From Octopus bimaculoides (Eukaryota): a DNA stretch of 64,000 bases. A program made the translations under genes and the position numbers. This document shows positions 36,809 to 51,074 of this stretch, one piece after another. Numbering within the stretch: the first letter of the stretch is position 1; each line of letters opens with the position of its first letter. Location of the stretch: the NCBI RefSeq assembly GCF_001194135.2, contig NC_068998.1, forward strand, positions 53,328,927 through 53,392,926, written 5' to 3'. The notes beneath the pieces are model-generated. The model was given only the letters and a program-made list of their open reading frames with translations. It was not told the origin of the DNA and did no database searches.

Positions 36809-38771
36809 TTGAAATTTATATTATCTACGAATCAGAGAATGAAAGCAAAATTTTGCGTACACTGAGACTCTAAAGGTAAAGAACCTTAGGAATACAGCAT
36901 TATAAACTTCGGCCAACTTGCTAGCATTTCTGTGAATATACCGGCTAATATACTACAATTTTTCATTAAATTAATTACAGTATCTAAATGATAATTCAAG
37001 CAGCTGGATTCGAACGTAGAATGTAAAATGTCTTAACTTGTTCCTTTCACATATTTGGTTTAGTTTGATATAAAATTCCTATTTTATATGAGGATGAAAC
37101 TGAACGTAATAAAATGCAAAGTATCAAATGCTAAAACGATACAAACAAAATGAATTTGTATCAAGTAAACTTTAAATATACCATTTCATACTGATGCAGC
37201 TAGTAGTTGTACTTTAGTGTACAATGTACGCCATTTCCATCCTTGATATTGAATGAGATAACACTACGTTTATTCAGCATTGAGTCTTGTGTATTATATA
37301 TTTCAGATTCATTGCTTATATTTAGGCTGAAGACATTTCGTTATTCACTTTGAAACCAAGTAATGAATTAAAGAAATAAAATACATTTTTATAACCAGAT
37401 ATGTGGGCCGTTTTTGTTTATTACAGAAATTTATAAACCAAAATATTTGCACACACTTTTGTATATTTATATTCAAGTTATGCCTGAAATGTCATAAATC
37501 TTGTGCACAATAGGCATTAGGACATTTTCAAATGTAGAAAAAACTTCATAAAATAATAGATTCTTCAGAAAATGTTCTATTAATCACATTATATTACTAG
37601 TATTTTATTGTTTTCTTAAAACAGTTTTGGTTCAGGAATCTATTTATTTCTTTACAGTTTTTTGGTGGTTTTATTATTATGCTATTGTTTTTCTTGTTTT
37701 AATGTTGTTGCTTGTATTTGTTTTTGTTTCAATTTATCTCTCCCTTGTTTGGTTTCATTCCAAAGATTCTGTCTTTTGATTTTTCATCTTAAACAAATTA
37801 GAAAAAAGGGGAAAAATTATACCTTTCCATTTAAAGAATACTTATAAACACACAGAGACACACAAACACACACGCACATATATATATATATATATATANN
37901 NNNNNNNNNNNNNNNNNNNNNNNNNNNNNNNNNNNNNNNNNNNNNNNNNNNNNNNNNNNNNNNNNNNNNNNNNNNNNNNNNNNNNNNNNNNNNNNNNNNN
38001 NNNNNNNNNNNNNNNNNNNNNNNNNNNNNNNNNNNNNNNNNNNNNNNNNNNNNNNNNNNNNNNNNNNNNNNNNNNNNNNNNNNNNNNNNNNNNNNNNNNN
38101 NNNNNNNNNNNNNNNNNNNNNNNNNNNNNNNNNNNNNNNNNNNNNNNNNNNNNNNNNNNNNNNNNNNNNNNNNNNNNNNNNNNNNNNNNNNNNNNNNNNN
38201 NNNNNNNNNNNNNNNNNNNNNNNNNNNNNNNNNNNNNNNNNNNNNNNNNNNNNNNNNNNNNNNNNNNNNNNNNNNNNNNNNNNNNNNNNNNNNNNNNNNN
38301 NNNNNNNNNNNNNNNNNNNNNNNNNNNNNNNNNNNNNNNNNNNNNNNNNNNNNNNNNNNNNNNNNNNNNNNNNNNNNNNNNNNNNNNNNNNNNNNNNNNN
38401 NNNNNNNNNNNNNNNNNNNNNNNNNNNNNNNNNNNNNNNNNNNNNNNNNNNNNNNNNNNNNNNNNNNNNNNNNNNNNNNNNNNNNNNNNNNNNNNNNNNN
38501 NNNNNNNNNNNNNNNNNNNNNNNNNNNNNNNNNNNNNNNNNNNNNNNNNNNNNNNNNNNNNNNNNNNNNNNNNNNNNNNNNNNNNNNNNNNNNNNNNNNN
38601 NNNNNNNNNNNNNNNNNNNNNNNNNNNNNNNNNNNNNNNNNNNNNNNNNNNNNNNNNNNNNNNNNNNNNNNNNNNNNNNNNNNNNNNNNNNNNNNNNNNN
38701 NNNNNNNNNNNNNNNNNNNNNNNNNNNNNNNNNNNNNNNNNNNNNNNNNNNNNNNNNNNNNNNNNNNNNNG

Positions 38772-38802
<31 letters not shown>

Positions 38803-38849
38803 GTATATATATATATCTGTATATATATATATGTATATATATATATATG

Positions 38850-38919
<70 letters not shown>

Positions 38920-39574
38920 CATACCTATGTGTGTATTACAATATACCACTGTAAATACTGGCAATTATTTTGAACACGGAGCAAGGTAAACTAATAAAAA
39001 ATATTTTTGAATTTCCAATACATTTATCAGTCATTCTAGATGTTTCATTATTTTGTTTTATAGGACATTCTTCGTTTCATTTTATTTCTTATTTTCCTAA
39101 TCCTTAGTTTCGGTACTTTATATATAGCTTAAATCACCAACATAAAACCCCCCGTTTCTGCTTGAAACAAAATATATTGATTGATATTTGTTTATATCTT
39201 GTATTGCTGCTTTGTTTTATTTTATATATATATATATAATATTTTTCTCGTACCACCTTTTATCTAGTAATTCTTTAATGTCAATTATCTTAGTATTTCC
39301 CGATACAAGCTGTCCCCTGCCAAATGTCAACAAAACAAAATCTATTCTAAAATTATTTTCTATTTAAGCTGCAAAAGAATGCACTGATATATGTTACTTA
39401 TACACACATATGTATGCAATATATGTCTATACACACACACATACACATGTACTCACACACACGCATGCAAACACATCCACACATGCGCACACGTACACAC
39501 CCATATGTATACATAACATTTATGTATTTGCTTTACAAGATTCCTGACGTGAAATCATGTATTCTTTTCTTCTC

Positions 39575-39686
39575 TAGACATAAGACTCGAACTTTGTGGG
39601 GAGGGGCCAGTCGATTAGATCGACCATAGTACGCAACTGGAACCTACATTATTGAGCCGCAAGGAAGAAAGGCAAAGTCGACCAGG
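39575..39686 (-). mobile_element. SINE family A 3' part
   Basis: GGGAGGGGCCAGTCGATTAGATCGACCATAGTACGCAACTGG..AAGAAAGGCAAAGTCGACC. Confidence 0.8.
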
Positions 39687-39921
39687 TTCGGTGATTATGC
39701 GAATAAAGAGTCCGACGTAGGTCATATATCAGCGTGTGTATATAAAACATTTTTTCAGAATGAGATAAACAACCAAGGCCGTAAAGATTTTAGAACATTT
39801 ATAAATAGAAGGTCTTACAGCTGTTTCCAGGATATGTATTATATCCCTTCATCGGTGTAAGAAAATGATTAAGCAATAGATAATTTAGATAAGATACGGA
39901 ATAGAGAGTCAAGTGGAGGAA

Positions 39922-39956
<35 letters not shown>

Positions 39957-40059
39957 TACAGCATTTAAATTGATATAATGATTGCATTGTTCAATTAAAT
40001 GGAGTCGATTGAAACGGTCGTACTGCATTACTACGTGATATCCTGTTGCTTATATAGAT

Positions 40060-40088
<29 letters not shown>

Positions 40089-40145
<57 letters not shown>
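40089..40145. repeat. (AGAT)n tetranucleotide microsatellite
   Basis: Perfect GATA run, read directly. Confidence 0.95.
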
Positions 40146-40146
<1 letters not shown>

Positions 40147-40922
40147 ACAGTCAGACAGACAGACCGAAATGGAGAGAGAGGGGGAAGGAATTAGGCAGCT
40201 ACTAATAATTCAACTTAAAGAGAACCAAGTTAACATTTCACATATACAATGAACTCAATAACATATATTGGTTTTATCTATGCTTTGTGTTATATAAATA
40301 CGCTCAATGAATCAGGCACTTTGGCGTTTTTTTCTTTCTATCTGTAGAAAATATTTCACTCCAAATTATACATTATTTCAATTATTCTTGAAGGGATGCA
40401 CATTTTCTCAACGTAACAGCTATTTATATAATGTATATTTAAGTAACGCATACTATCTGCAATTTGTTTTTGCAAATAAAATACTAGCTACAGAATATAT
40501 GCCCCTCATTATACATATAAATACAGTATTTAACAGCTTGATTTTGCTACTGGTATTGTTATTGGCATTGTTCATATACTCCCAACATAATCCCTGCATA
40601 AGCAGATATAATACACGAGATTTGGGGTATTGTTATGATGCTGTTATTTTGCGGAGATATCAAAGAAATGCATTAACCTCCATGTCTTTGATTCGTAGAC
40701 TCAGCAGCTTATGATTAAGTGTAATTTGAATACCATTTCTAAAGAGAATGGCAGCCCTGTCGATGTTCCCTAATAGTCTATTATTATAAGCAGAGTACAT
40801 TGACATCCCTGACATTTTAGCCTCGATCTACATCCTTTTATACGAAATACGGTAAGGATATGTGCTATTAGCAGCATGTGGGTTACAGTTAATATCTAAA
40901 ATATGCACATACATCCAAACAT

Positions 40923-40966
<44 letters not shown>

Positions 40967-43161
40967 AGAGAGAGAGACACACACACACACATACACACAC
41001 ATATATATGTGTGTGTGTGTAAAGTTATGTATGTATCGCGCAATCAGCTATGCACTCATCGAGGCGGCCTACGAACTAACCCATCCAGCCGTGTCCTATC
41101 CTTCCTTTATTAAGAGAAAATGTGTAATATATTATAGATTACACACAGACATAAAAATTTGATCGAAATAAGTAAATACAATTTTGAATATTATGAACAT
41201 TATATGTTGCCATTATGGCATTATGTCCATTAAGCAAAATGATTGAGTATTTGGTAAGTATTTATAGCAAGCCAATCGACAGCATAGAAGCTCTGTCTCT
41301 CATTAGCCCACATTGAAACCTTATTATATATTAATGAGCTGGGGGTAATATACTTTCTTTTGTTCTTACATATTTTATTAAAGTTCATCAGTGCCCCATT
41401 AGGGAATCAAAATGCCAAACACTTTGATGTTTTGTTAATCACAAACTACAGCAGCCAATGCATGTATACAAACGACTCTTATTTTAACTCATTCCTTTCA
41501 AAAGGTTGTGAGTTTAACAGGAATTTTGGAAGTTACACTTTAACTTGAATCAATGAATCCTTGGCTGATAAGATTAGAAGGCGGTTATGCAACACTCCGA
41601 TATAATTTAATGATTTCATGAATATCAAAACTACGGCAAAGGGAAACAAATGTGCTGTTATATAATTCTATGATGGCAAAAGTTTTGTAGAATTAATAGA
41701 TTGCCATTTCTTCTTGCTTTGTTCCATCCATTAATTAATATTTGAGAAATTTTCCTATTCTTTTACTAATGTTCTCAGGCACTTTACACGAAATTCCCAA
41801 CCGACAATAAAGTTCTACTCTATTTTGCGAAATTATATTGGCTGAAATATTTTTGTATTTCTTTTCAGACAGTAATAGCGGATTTTCTTGTTTTATTATG
41901 CGTTTATTGCTGTTATATTTTAAGCAACCTGTTTTATTTCCATTGAAAGTTCTTTCCTTAACGGTTCATGCCAGTGAAATAATTAAGCGTGTTTTCTTTT
42001 TATTAATATGTATAAAATGAAATCAATGTATAATTTTTATGAAAGAAACCTGCTGAAACAATTAGTACAGAAGAATATTATTCTGTAAACAACTTGCTAA
42101 TTAAAAGTTTTCTATGGGGGTCATAAAAAGCCAAAGTAGAGTGTAAAATCGATTATAGTTCTTATAGATTTGCATCGGCACATCCAGTTAAATATATCAT
42201 TTATATTTCTGATATGATCTTCTTAAGACTAGAGCGTTATGTATATTTTGTAAGAATGTTTCTGCAGCTTAGTATTCCACTCATCTCCAGTGCTGTTTTC
42301 TTGTAGAGATTTGACGAGAATATTCTTGAATTTAATTGGCACTTCTTAATTTTTATTTGAGATTTTATGGTTAATAGAAGTTCATCAAGACAGATTCACA
42401 ATAAAATCTCTTTTATCAGATATTACTTTTGAATGGTTTTGATTTTCCATTATGGTATGATAAAAATAGATACATAGATGAAGTGAGGATAATTACGTGA
42501 TGTTATTTTTAATAGATGTTATCACGTCTATTGCAATCCGTATTGTTCAAAGTAAAAGATAGACCCTACACTCCTCAAGAGCGTCGGAATATTTCAGTGC
42601 AGTAATTACAAAATTCAATAATACTATTTAATTATTAATTACAGTTTATAGTAATGTTAATATTTATTAATTACTTTTTTCATAATTATCAATAGTCGGT
42701 TGGTGAAGAATTTGTTTGTGAAAGTCAACCATAGCAGGCCCTACGGTAGATAGCGATGTGACAGCTGTAAACACGAGCATATATAGAGAGTGTTATATAA
42801 AAATTATCACGCATGGAAATTTCTAATCAACATTTATGAAGTTAGTTCTGAAATAGGTAATTCCATTCAAGTTAGTAATCTCACTTGGTAAGTAATATAA
42901 GGGAGTTTAAGTTTGTTAAATCGGTTCTGATCTGTCTAATATTAACAAAATGATGTAAATAAATATATAATTAAATACTGCAAATAATGTTTTGCTATTT
43001 TGGTGGTCAGATTATATCCAACTGGATAACATTATATAGTGAAGTGCTTTAAGTCATCCTTACAAAATCATAGCCTACTCAATAAGTGGGATGACATTTT
43101 TCGAAATATATTCGCCGGTCGCTGCTTTTCGCTCGTAGATCAATGTATGTGCATATATATA

Positions 43162-43445
43162 TATAATAATAATAATAATGGACTGTCCCGACTTTAGGCG
43201 ACATATGAGGGTCCACAGTTTTTCACCGAACAACTACACAGATAATTTGTTTATTGTGATCAAATACTTGTGTAAATTAAAGTTCACTCCCTCCGTCAAA
43301 TGGACATTGCCTGTGCAGGTACAACTGGGTGACACGTGTCAGATGTCGAAATGATCGCAGAGCAACGTGAAATGAGGTGCTTTGCTCAAGAACACAACAC
43401 AACGCCCGGGCTGCGAATCGAACCCACGATCGCGTGAACGTGAGT
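43162..43445 (-). mobile_element. SINE family C (tRNA-like, with a TTGAGCAAAGCAC central motif and (ATT)n tail)
   Basis: The minus strand reads GTGGGTTCGATTCGCAGCCCGGGCGTTGTGTTGTGTTCTTGAGCAAAGCACCTCATTTCACGTTGCTC, with a B-box GGTTCGATTC. (AAT)n on the plus strand at 43162-43178 would be the 3' tail. The head appears interrupted by the adjacent mariner-like end. Confidence 0.7.
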
Positions 43446-43454
43446 GTAAGGAAA

Positions 43455-43643
43455 GGAAAATCTGACGAGCATGCATTACACGTCCGTCGCCTATACGTAA
43501 CAGCTGAAAACTAACGCAGCCAGCCGCACAAAATTGTTTTTCTTGCTTAGGAAAGGCGGCATCAGGTCCCACCCAAAGATTTTACCAACGCCGCATTAGG
43601 TTTTGCAGGGAAAAATAAAGTTCGATACTTTTTTAACGCATCT

Positions 43644-43647
<4 letters not shown>
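43455..43647 (-). mobile_element. Mariner-like transposon terminal fragment
   Basis: The minus strand begins, next to (TA)n, with CACAAGATGCGTTAAAAAAGTATCGAACTTT, resembling mariner TIRs of the TACGAGG..GTTCAAAAAGTATCG type. No partner TIR or transposase was seen. Confidence 0.45.
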
Positions 43648-43708
<61 letters not shown>

Positions 43709-43775
43709 GGCGTAAATGGCTGTTTGTGTGTATGTGTGCGCGCGTGTGTATGTATGCACTCACACACGCATGCAC

Positions 43776-43812
<37 letters not shown>

Positions 43813-44523
43813 ACATAGACACACTCATTTAGACACAGATCAATACTGTGTTCTGTATTTTTAATTGTCATTTCTATTGCGGTATAGCCTAAGGTTTAAA
43901 TATTTACAAGAATTCTTAATTACACTACGAAATTTTCACTTATCTATTATTTGAACCACAAATAATTTGATTAAGAATTAAAGCATAATAAATTTTGCAT
44001 TTCACTCTCGTCACTAAAACGTGAACGAATTAATACACAATTATTAAACACTGGCACAACGATGTTGCGGTGAACATTTGTTTTTATCGTTGTCATTTTG
44101 TTTAACTGAAACATACTTGTAGATAATGTAAATATATCAGAAATTAATCAATAAACCTTTTATAACAACAGCAACTTCAGCCGCAAAGAATTATAAATGA
44201 AGACAAAATAATTTAGTGAAACAGAAAGAGAAATGAAGAGAGAGAGAGACAGAGAGAGACACGCATATAGAAGCAGAGTGTTTGTGTGTGTGTGTGTATG
44301 TGAGTTTGTTGCTTGTCAACATTGAAGAGACAGCAAATAAAATATATATTTGTAGAAATGTAGAAATAATCGTCATTTATTCAATAATGAATGTAATATT
44401 TAAATATGTTGATAAGCATAACTTATTGTGCCTTTTTCTGCCATAGGTGTTGATCTTGTTATTTGTTTAGTAATGGGGAAAGACATATTATTTGCTTAAT
44501 TTAAGTAATATTAGTTTCAAGTT

Positions 44524-44726
44524 TCGGAACAAGGCTGACAAATTTAGGGAAGAAGGGGAGAAGTAGATTATATTAATCCCAGTTCTCAACTGGAAATTAT
44601 ATCACTGACCCTGAAAGGATGAAAGGCAAAGTCGACGTCGACGGAATTTGAACTCTGAACGTAAAGACAGAGAAAATGCTAAGCATTTTGCTCGGGCTGC
44701 TAACAATTTTGCCTGGTTGCCGCCTT
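44524..44726 (-). mobile_element. SINE family A, near full length
   Basis: ACTGACCCTGAAAGGATGAAAGGCAAAGTCGAC..GGAATTTGAACTCTGAACGTAAAGACAG..GCTAAGCATTTTGCTCGGGCTGCTAACAATTTTGCC..GCCGCCTT is the reverse complement of head, B-box and body. Confidence 0.9.
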
Positions 44727-44948
44727 ATATATTGTATGGAATATTAATCAGTGTTATGTACAATCATGTGCGGATAACAACGAAATAGATTGAAATCAAA
44801 GACAGAGGTTTCACTGTTGTTTCATTCTCGTAAGGAATTTATTATCTGACAGCCTTCGAAAGGCACATTTGAAGTAAAAACATAACATGAGTACAGTTTT
44901 CACTTATGACTTGAAAATGCGTTTGTAAATGAATATACAGGAGAAAGA

Positions 44949-45058
44949 TTCGTCCTTTCGGGGTCAGAGATATAAGTTCCTGTTGAGAACTGGGATCGAT
45001 GTAATCCATTTCTTTCCATCTTCCCTAAAATTCTCAGCCTTGCTCCGAAATTTGAAAC
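44949..45058 (+). mobile_element. SINE family A 3' half (part of the inverted duplication)
   Basis: TTCGTCCTTTCGGGGTCAGAGATATAAGTTCCTGTTGAGAACTGGGATCGATGTAATCC..CCCTAAAATTCTCAGCCTTGCTCCGAAATTTGAAAC. Confidence 0.85.
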
Positions 45059-45877
45059 TAATATTACATGAAATAAGCAAATAATGTGTCTTTCTCCATC
45101 AATAAACAAATAACAACAGAAAAAGGCACAATAATTTATGCATATCAACATATTTTAATATTACGTTCATTATTGAATAAATGACGATTATTTCTACATT
45201 TCTACGAACTATCTTTTTTTTTTCTGTAGTTCGGAGATCAGATGCGTTACTAATTCAAACATGTATTTCAGAATTTCTCTTGATAACTTTTAAGACGCAA
45301 ACTTCGGAAGCAATCAGGTAATCACTAATTATGTGCAATGATAAGCAATCTATTACATGACTTGAACCCGTTTCCTTTATGAATACAACGAAGCATTACT
45401 GTAAGTTGCAACGTAGAGTGTCGTCCAATTCCAATTAATATCGCTTGACATTACGCTGATAGGAAGTAGAGAAAAGGAGATAAAAAATAGCATCGAATTT
45501 AGTTCCATGCTTCATATTAAACATATAAATCCCGCAATAAAGCATTTTACAGAACTCCGCTTACAATATTGGAAAGTACTATTCGTATATCGGAGTAAAT
45601 AGACAGCTACTCCGTATATACTTACATTGTTGAACAATAGAAATGTCATTAAAAATCAGTTCATTCTATTTAATACAGATAGGAATTTTATTTAACAGGA
45701 TTATTGTATTGTACGTTCAAAAAATCGGAAGATATAAATATTAGAATACAAGGACACATCTACTTATTTCTATGCTCTCTTACACTCGAATCACTCCCTT
45801 TCCCTCACAATATCTTTCAATCTTTCTATCGCCCCTTCTGCCAATCCCGCCAACGTATACATTCTGAATGAGTGTGG

Positions 45878-45924
<47 letters not shown>

Positions 45925-45983
45925 NNNNNNNNNNNNNNNNNNNNNGTGTGTGTGTGTGTGTGTGTGTTTGTGCGTGTTTGTGC

Positions 45984-46023
<40 letters not shown>

Positions 46024-46699
46024 TTATTTCTTTGTATTCTCTTTTCCTTGAATCAGTTCCATTGTCATAAATATTTCTTCAATAATTCTTAGATTCCTTG
46101 TTATTCTAGAATCTTTGATCTGGATTATATTTCAGTTTAAGCAATTGTCTAAGTAAGCAAGGAAAAAATACACACGTGAAAGCTTTTGTCCGACGACAAT
46201 GGCAGACATATAATATCAAGGATGTTTCTACAAAACATAATAGCGTTATTATTGAGAAATCAGAAAATAGAATATCTTAGGATTATTCACTGAAACTGCT
46301 CAATATTAACATTCCATATCATGGGAATCACAGTCTGCAGGGCATATTCCATCTTGAATCAATCCCACAAATATCGATGTATAAATAGTTTCATTTGACG
46401 TTGTACATATCGAAGCCAACTTTACCGCGAATCTCAACCAACCATCCGTCGATTTTCTCCGCCCACTATACCTAAGAATGTTGTGTAGGTAATGTCTCAG
46501 ACACCTCCTCAATACTTACTTGTAGCTGTACATGCGGCGGCATTTACCCGGGAAGGGTTGAGCTGGTTCCGATCAAGGAGTCGTGTTCAGAGTTTCGATG
46601 GAAATACTGGTTGACATGTGGCCCCGGTTACATGCATAGACATATTGAGATAGTGCGAACCGTAGCGGATCATCTTGCTGTCAAATCTCTACCGTCACA

Positions 46700-47030
46700 G
46701 AATGATTCGCTGAGCAAGTCACTGCTGAATATCTGGGCAGACATATCTTGGGTGTCATCTCCACTTTTTTTCTCTAATAGAAGCTATCCTCATTAAACTT
46801 TCCGATTCGATTCCCAAGCGATAATACATGAGACTACGGATATTATCCAGCCATCTCGATCTTGGTGTACGTGTGGGTCTCCTGCCAGTTGTCCCTACTT
46901 GGAGGAGCTATCTAGCCATTGTTTCTTGTGATACACTAATCCCATGTCGACAGTATCGGAGCTCCGACCTTTCAATGCAGAGGATTAGTATCTGAAGCTA
47001 CCGAGACCCCTTGATCTCCTAGCTACCCAA
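46700..47030 (-). mobile_element. RTE/Rex3-like LINE, 3' end of ORF2
   Basis: The minus frame reads LCIERSELRYCRHGISVSQETMAR*LLQVGTTGRRPTRTPRSRWLDNIRSLMYYRLGIESESLMRIAS, matching the Rex3/RTE C-terminus (IERSQLRW.GH..RM...R....GRRPRGRPRTRW.D....LAW.RLGI). It is probably the same family as 23215-23515. Confidence 0.8.
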
Positions 47031-48184
47031 AAAGGATTTATAAATAGTTTGGGTTCTGGCGAATCAAAAATATATAGTCGCGTATGCGTGGCGACTGGTT
47101 TCCAAAGGGGATCGATCGGAATGTCATGGAAGGAAGCAAGAGCAACGTCAATAGTGCACAATTCAGTTGATGGTGGAAAGAGATATTGATTGAGTGAGTC
47201 AAGTGCATTAGGTATGAAAGATTAAAACCTACAAATACGGCCCATGGATTAATGATTTAATAAAGGTATACTTTTACTTGGAAGACACTGCGATTTGAAC
47301 CATGTGACGGAGTCAGAGGAACGCAGTTCCGTTATTGCCGTCTGTGCAAGTATAACGTGGTGAATAGTTTCTTCGTGGGATCGAAATCCCATAGACGAAT
47401 TCTTAGCAGGAGAAATATTGGCCGTTTAGTTTACAGACAGATTTTTAAGAATTCAGTTTTACCAGCATTATTCTTTAGATTGAACGTGATTATGACAGAA
47501 GAGGGGGGATGAATTCTGCAAATCAACTCATGGGATTATACTTATAAGTACATATTTCAAGAGTCTAGTATGTAATGTCTGTAAATAAAAACGCCACGTG
47601 TTTTACGATACAGAGATACAGTATGCCACTGAGCTGAGTTAACCTCAATCCCATGGTCTGGGGTTAAAAATAATTTTATTCTCTCTCCGAATTATAGCGC
47701 GATGAAATAAATCTGGTAACTTTATATATACGCAAGTCAATGATAATATCGACATTGAAAATAATTTTTATATTGATGTATATTTAGCCTGTAGTTATGA
47801 AAACCACAGCAAACACATAAAATAAAGATAGTTGTTTCTGATATTCCTTTATGTGTGTGCAACAGTAATTTTTGAGATATATTCAGTCTGTATATAAACG
47901 GGTAATTCAATTGAACCATTTCGTTATTCTCACTGGGAAGACGCAGTAAACACGAACTACAATAAAACAGAAATATGTATGCGTAAACTCACACACGAGC
48001 ACACTTGCACACAAGCACACAGTGAGAGAGAGAGAGAGACACACACACACACACACACTCACATATGTATAATAGTATGAACTTGTATCTGTGTAAGTGC
48101 CAATGGTGCGGTTTATATCAGTAACATACAAACATACATATAAATACATATATGTGTGCGTATATGTGAATGTATGTGTGTGTA

Positions 48185-48217
<33 letters not shown>

Positions 48218-51074
48218 ATCTGCGTGTATGTGCACGTGTGAATGTGTTTGTAGTATGCGTCTGTTGCGGTTTGTTGTTATAACGAGTCTATTTCTCCGTA
48301 AAAAGTCTGTAGCACGAGCCACGTATGTGCGTGCGAGTAGACATATACGGTGCAACATACGTCTGTTTGCACGTTTACATGTCGATGCGTTTGAGGAAAG
48401 AAAACCCCGAACAACCCGTCCTTGTTTTCTTTGTATCGTCTATCTGGATGTTTTGTTGTCCCATTTTGTATTGTGTGTATATATATATATATACGCATGT
48501 GTGGGATTACCGATCTTTTTATGACCAATCCAGGTAACAAGAACGGCACAAGTGACGGGTAGTCGTATTATATACAGAGACAATCGCATGCGCACACACA
48601 CATATCTCCAACGCTTAATGTATGAATGGCGTTGATAGGAGAGCTAGAGGTATGTTTTCCTGAAATAACATCTCTGATGCAGGTGCTATGTTAAAACAAA
48701 AGAATAAATATTGTGGGGAAACAATGATGAAGGCACAATCATTGCATGAACACAGCATACATAAATTATCGAAATTATCGTTTGAGTCAAAAGTTCTTTC
48801 TGCCCCAAGGCTGTTATTTTCTATATATATATTTCTTGATAGGAGACGAGAAATATTTAGATCAACAGTAACTTTCCTAATTAACCCAATTATTTAAATC
48901 TACATCGAAAATAGAAACATTATATTTATATGAGAAGAGGTTTCGTCGAACTCTCTAAGCATCCTCAATACTCGTCTAGATTTTACTTCGTCGACTTGTC
49001 GTAATACACAGGTTTGTGAACGAAGGTTCTAATTGCTGAATCAGACTATTTATGTAGGAAAATAAAGCAGCATTGGGTTAGCAATAATAACTATCGCTTC
49101 TGTTGTATTGAAATAAACTTTACTGTGTCGTCAAATATCCGGGAATTGTCAATGAATTAACGGAACAAACAATGTGCAACGGTTTTCATATTTTGTCCAA
49201 AATCTGTTTATGAATGTGTCGTCTTCCTAACATTCATCAGTTAATTCGGGTCCCAATTATTCCGGAAATAACATGGTTTAAATATTGCAAGAACACCTTA
49301 GTGCATTGTTTACAAAGTGATTTGTTTCGCAGCATAGAATTTAATCTAACATTTCAAGCATGACGTTAAAAAGAACATGGATGACAATGTGTATTATTTC
49401 GGATCGATAGCTCATAGAACGGAATGAAGTACAATGTGATCTGGAAATCAATCGTCATACAGTGAACAAATATCCCAAGTATTTCTTGTTTGTTTGTACT
49501 GTCCATGTGTCTTTGGACTCTTCACAAGGTGTTCAAATTTGGATTAACTATTACATTAGATTCTGGCTGTTACCACCACGCAATTATTAACTACTTAAAC
49601 ATTTGTTAGGATCGTATTTTGTTTACATTTTGGCCTCACGCTTCCAAAATATGACCGTTTTAGCATCATTACTGAATTTCGAAATTTTTATTTTAGATTT
49701 GAAACCCTACTTGAATTATTATTGAATCTCAGCCGACTGAAACTAACAAAATGTGTTACCAGCCTTCCATTAGCTTTAACTGAAGAAATACTATGAATCT
49801 TTAAATTTTTGTCAATCTGGGTCTTACAGTCGCCTCCATTTACATTACATCTAAACAATATAATACCATTGTTAATGACTTTAACTCAGAGCAAGCATCA
49901 TTTTCTTTCCCAATTCCTCTTCATGCTGATACTTGTTTCCAAAAGAAATGCGAAATATCTGCACTGTAGATTTGGAGTCTTCATTAAACAATTCTATGTC
50001 TAAATCACTAATGGCTATAACCAATGTTTTCTTCTATTCATCTTGCATCTTTAACTACATCAGCCAATCAGTTCCCTTCCTAACATGGTAGGCTGTAATG
50101 CGTGTGAATAGAAGCTCGTGAAACTAGTTACAGATCTCTATATACCTTTCTAGATTTATAGTTATCGTTGCACTCTTGAACGATATCGAGACTTGATTGA
50201 CCTGATCTATAAACTAACATATTCTAAACACGATTAACTTATTTGTATATACATTGCTACAATATCCATATAAGTCTAGTTTAATGTGACGACTGAATAA
50301 TTCCAGGGAGATTTGTTTCTTATTATCTACAAGTCGATTCACTGCTTAAAAGTAGCTACCTGTCTTGTGTGAGGACACGTCTCTCCTTCTACTAATTTGT
50401 AGCATTGTATTGAAGCAGGAATGAACATTTTCATATCTAAATAATGCCAATTTATAAGAAAACAGGAAACACAAAAACGAAAACAACAGTTTGATATATA
50501 TGAATAAAACGTTTTCTGTAAGAAGTACATCACTGAAACGAATGAAAACAAAAGAACAATGAACGATAGCCTTGAGTAACAACCAACATTTTCCTTCATT
50601 TGTATTGCTTCAAACCAGACAAATAAATGGACACATCATTAATAAAGATGTCTACGTCTAGAAAAATCAGTTACTGAATGCTCCTTTTGTACTTTCTGCT
50701 TTAAAATCCAATTTACTAATTGGTCATTATTCTGAGCAGTTAGTCATGCAAACATTTAGTGTTTAAAATTTGGCTGCTTAATGTGGCATTATGTTTCGAC
50801 GAAACGATTTCAATGTAAATAGTAGAAGAGGAAAACAAGTCGCAGAGTTCATTAGTAACGAAAGAGTTAATAAAATTAAATGTCAGTCGATCCTTTCTCT
50901 CTCTCCTTCTCTCCCTCCTCTCTCTCTCACTCTTCAACTTCCTCTTTCTCTCTTCTTCCCATTTTCCTTTCTCTCTTGCCTTCAGTTTGAGTGTGTTTTT
51001 TTTATGTATATACATTTCTACACACACACACACACATACATATGTATACATATATTGTTTATTATAGTTATATA

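Larger units (their letters stand above)
44352..45205. repeat. Local inverted duplication: arms 44352-44623 and 44949-45205, spacer about 325 bp
   Basis: The reverse complement of 44949-45205 aligns end to end with 44352-44623 (4 mismatches in the first ~89 nt, one ~15-nt indel, lower identity in the SINE part). Confidence 0.9.

Noticed and set aside
653-38964. Long ORFs in the track rich in X, IY, TH or CV (e.g. 23986-25107, 32381-33304, 37817-38964)
   Set aside because: They are translations of N-gaps and (AT)n/(CA)n/(TG)n repeats, which lack stop codons in those frames.
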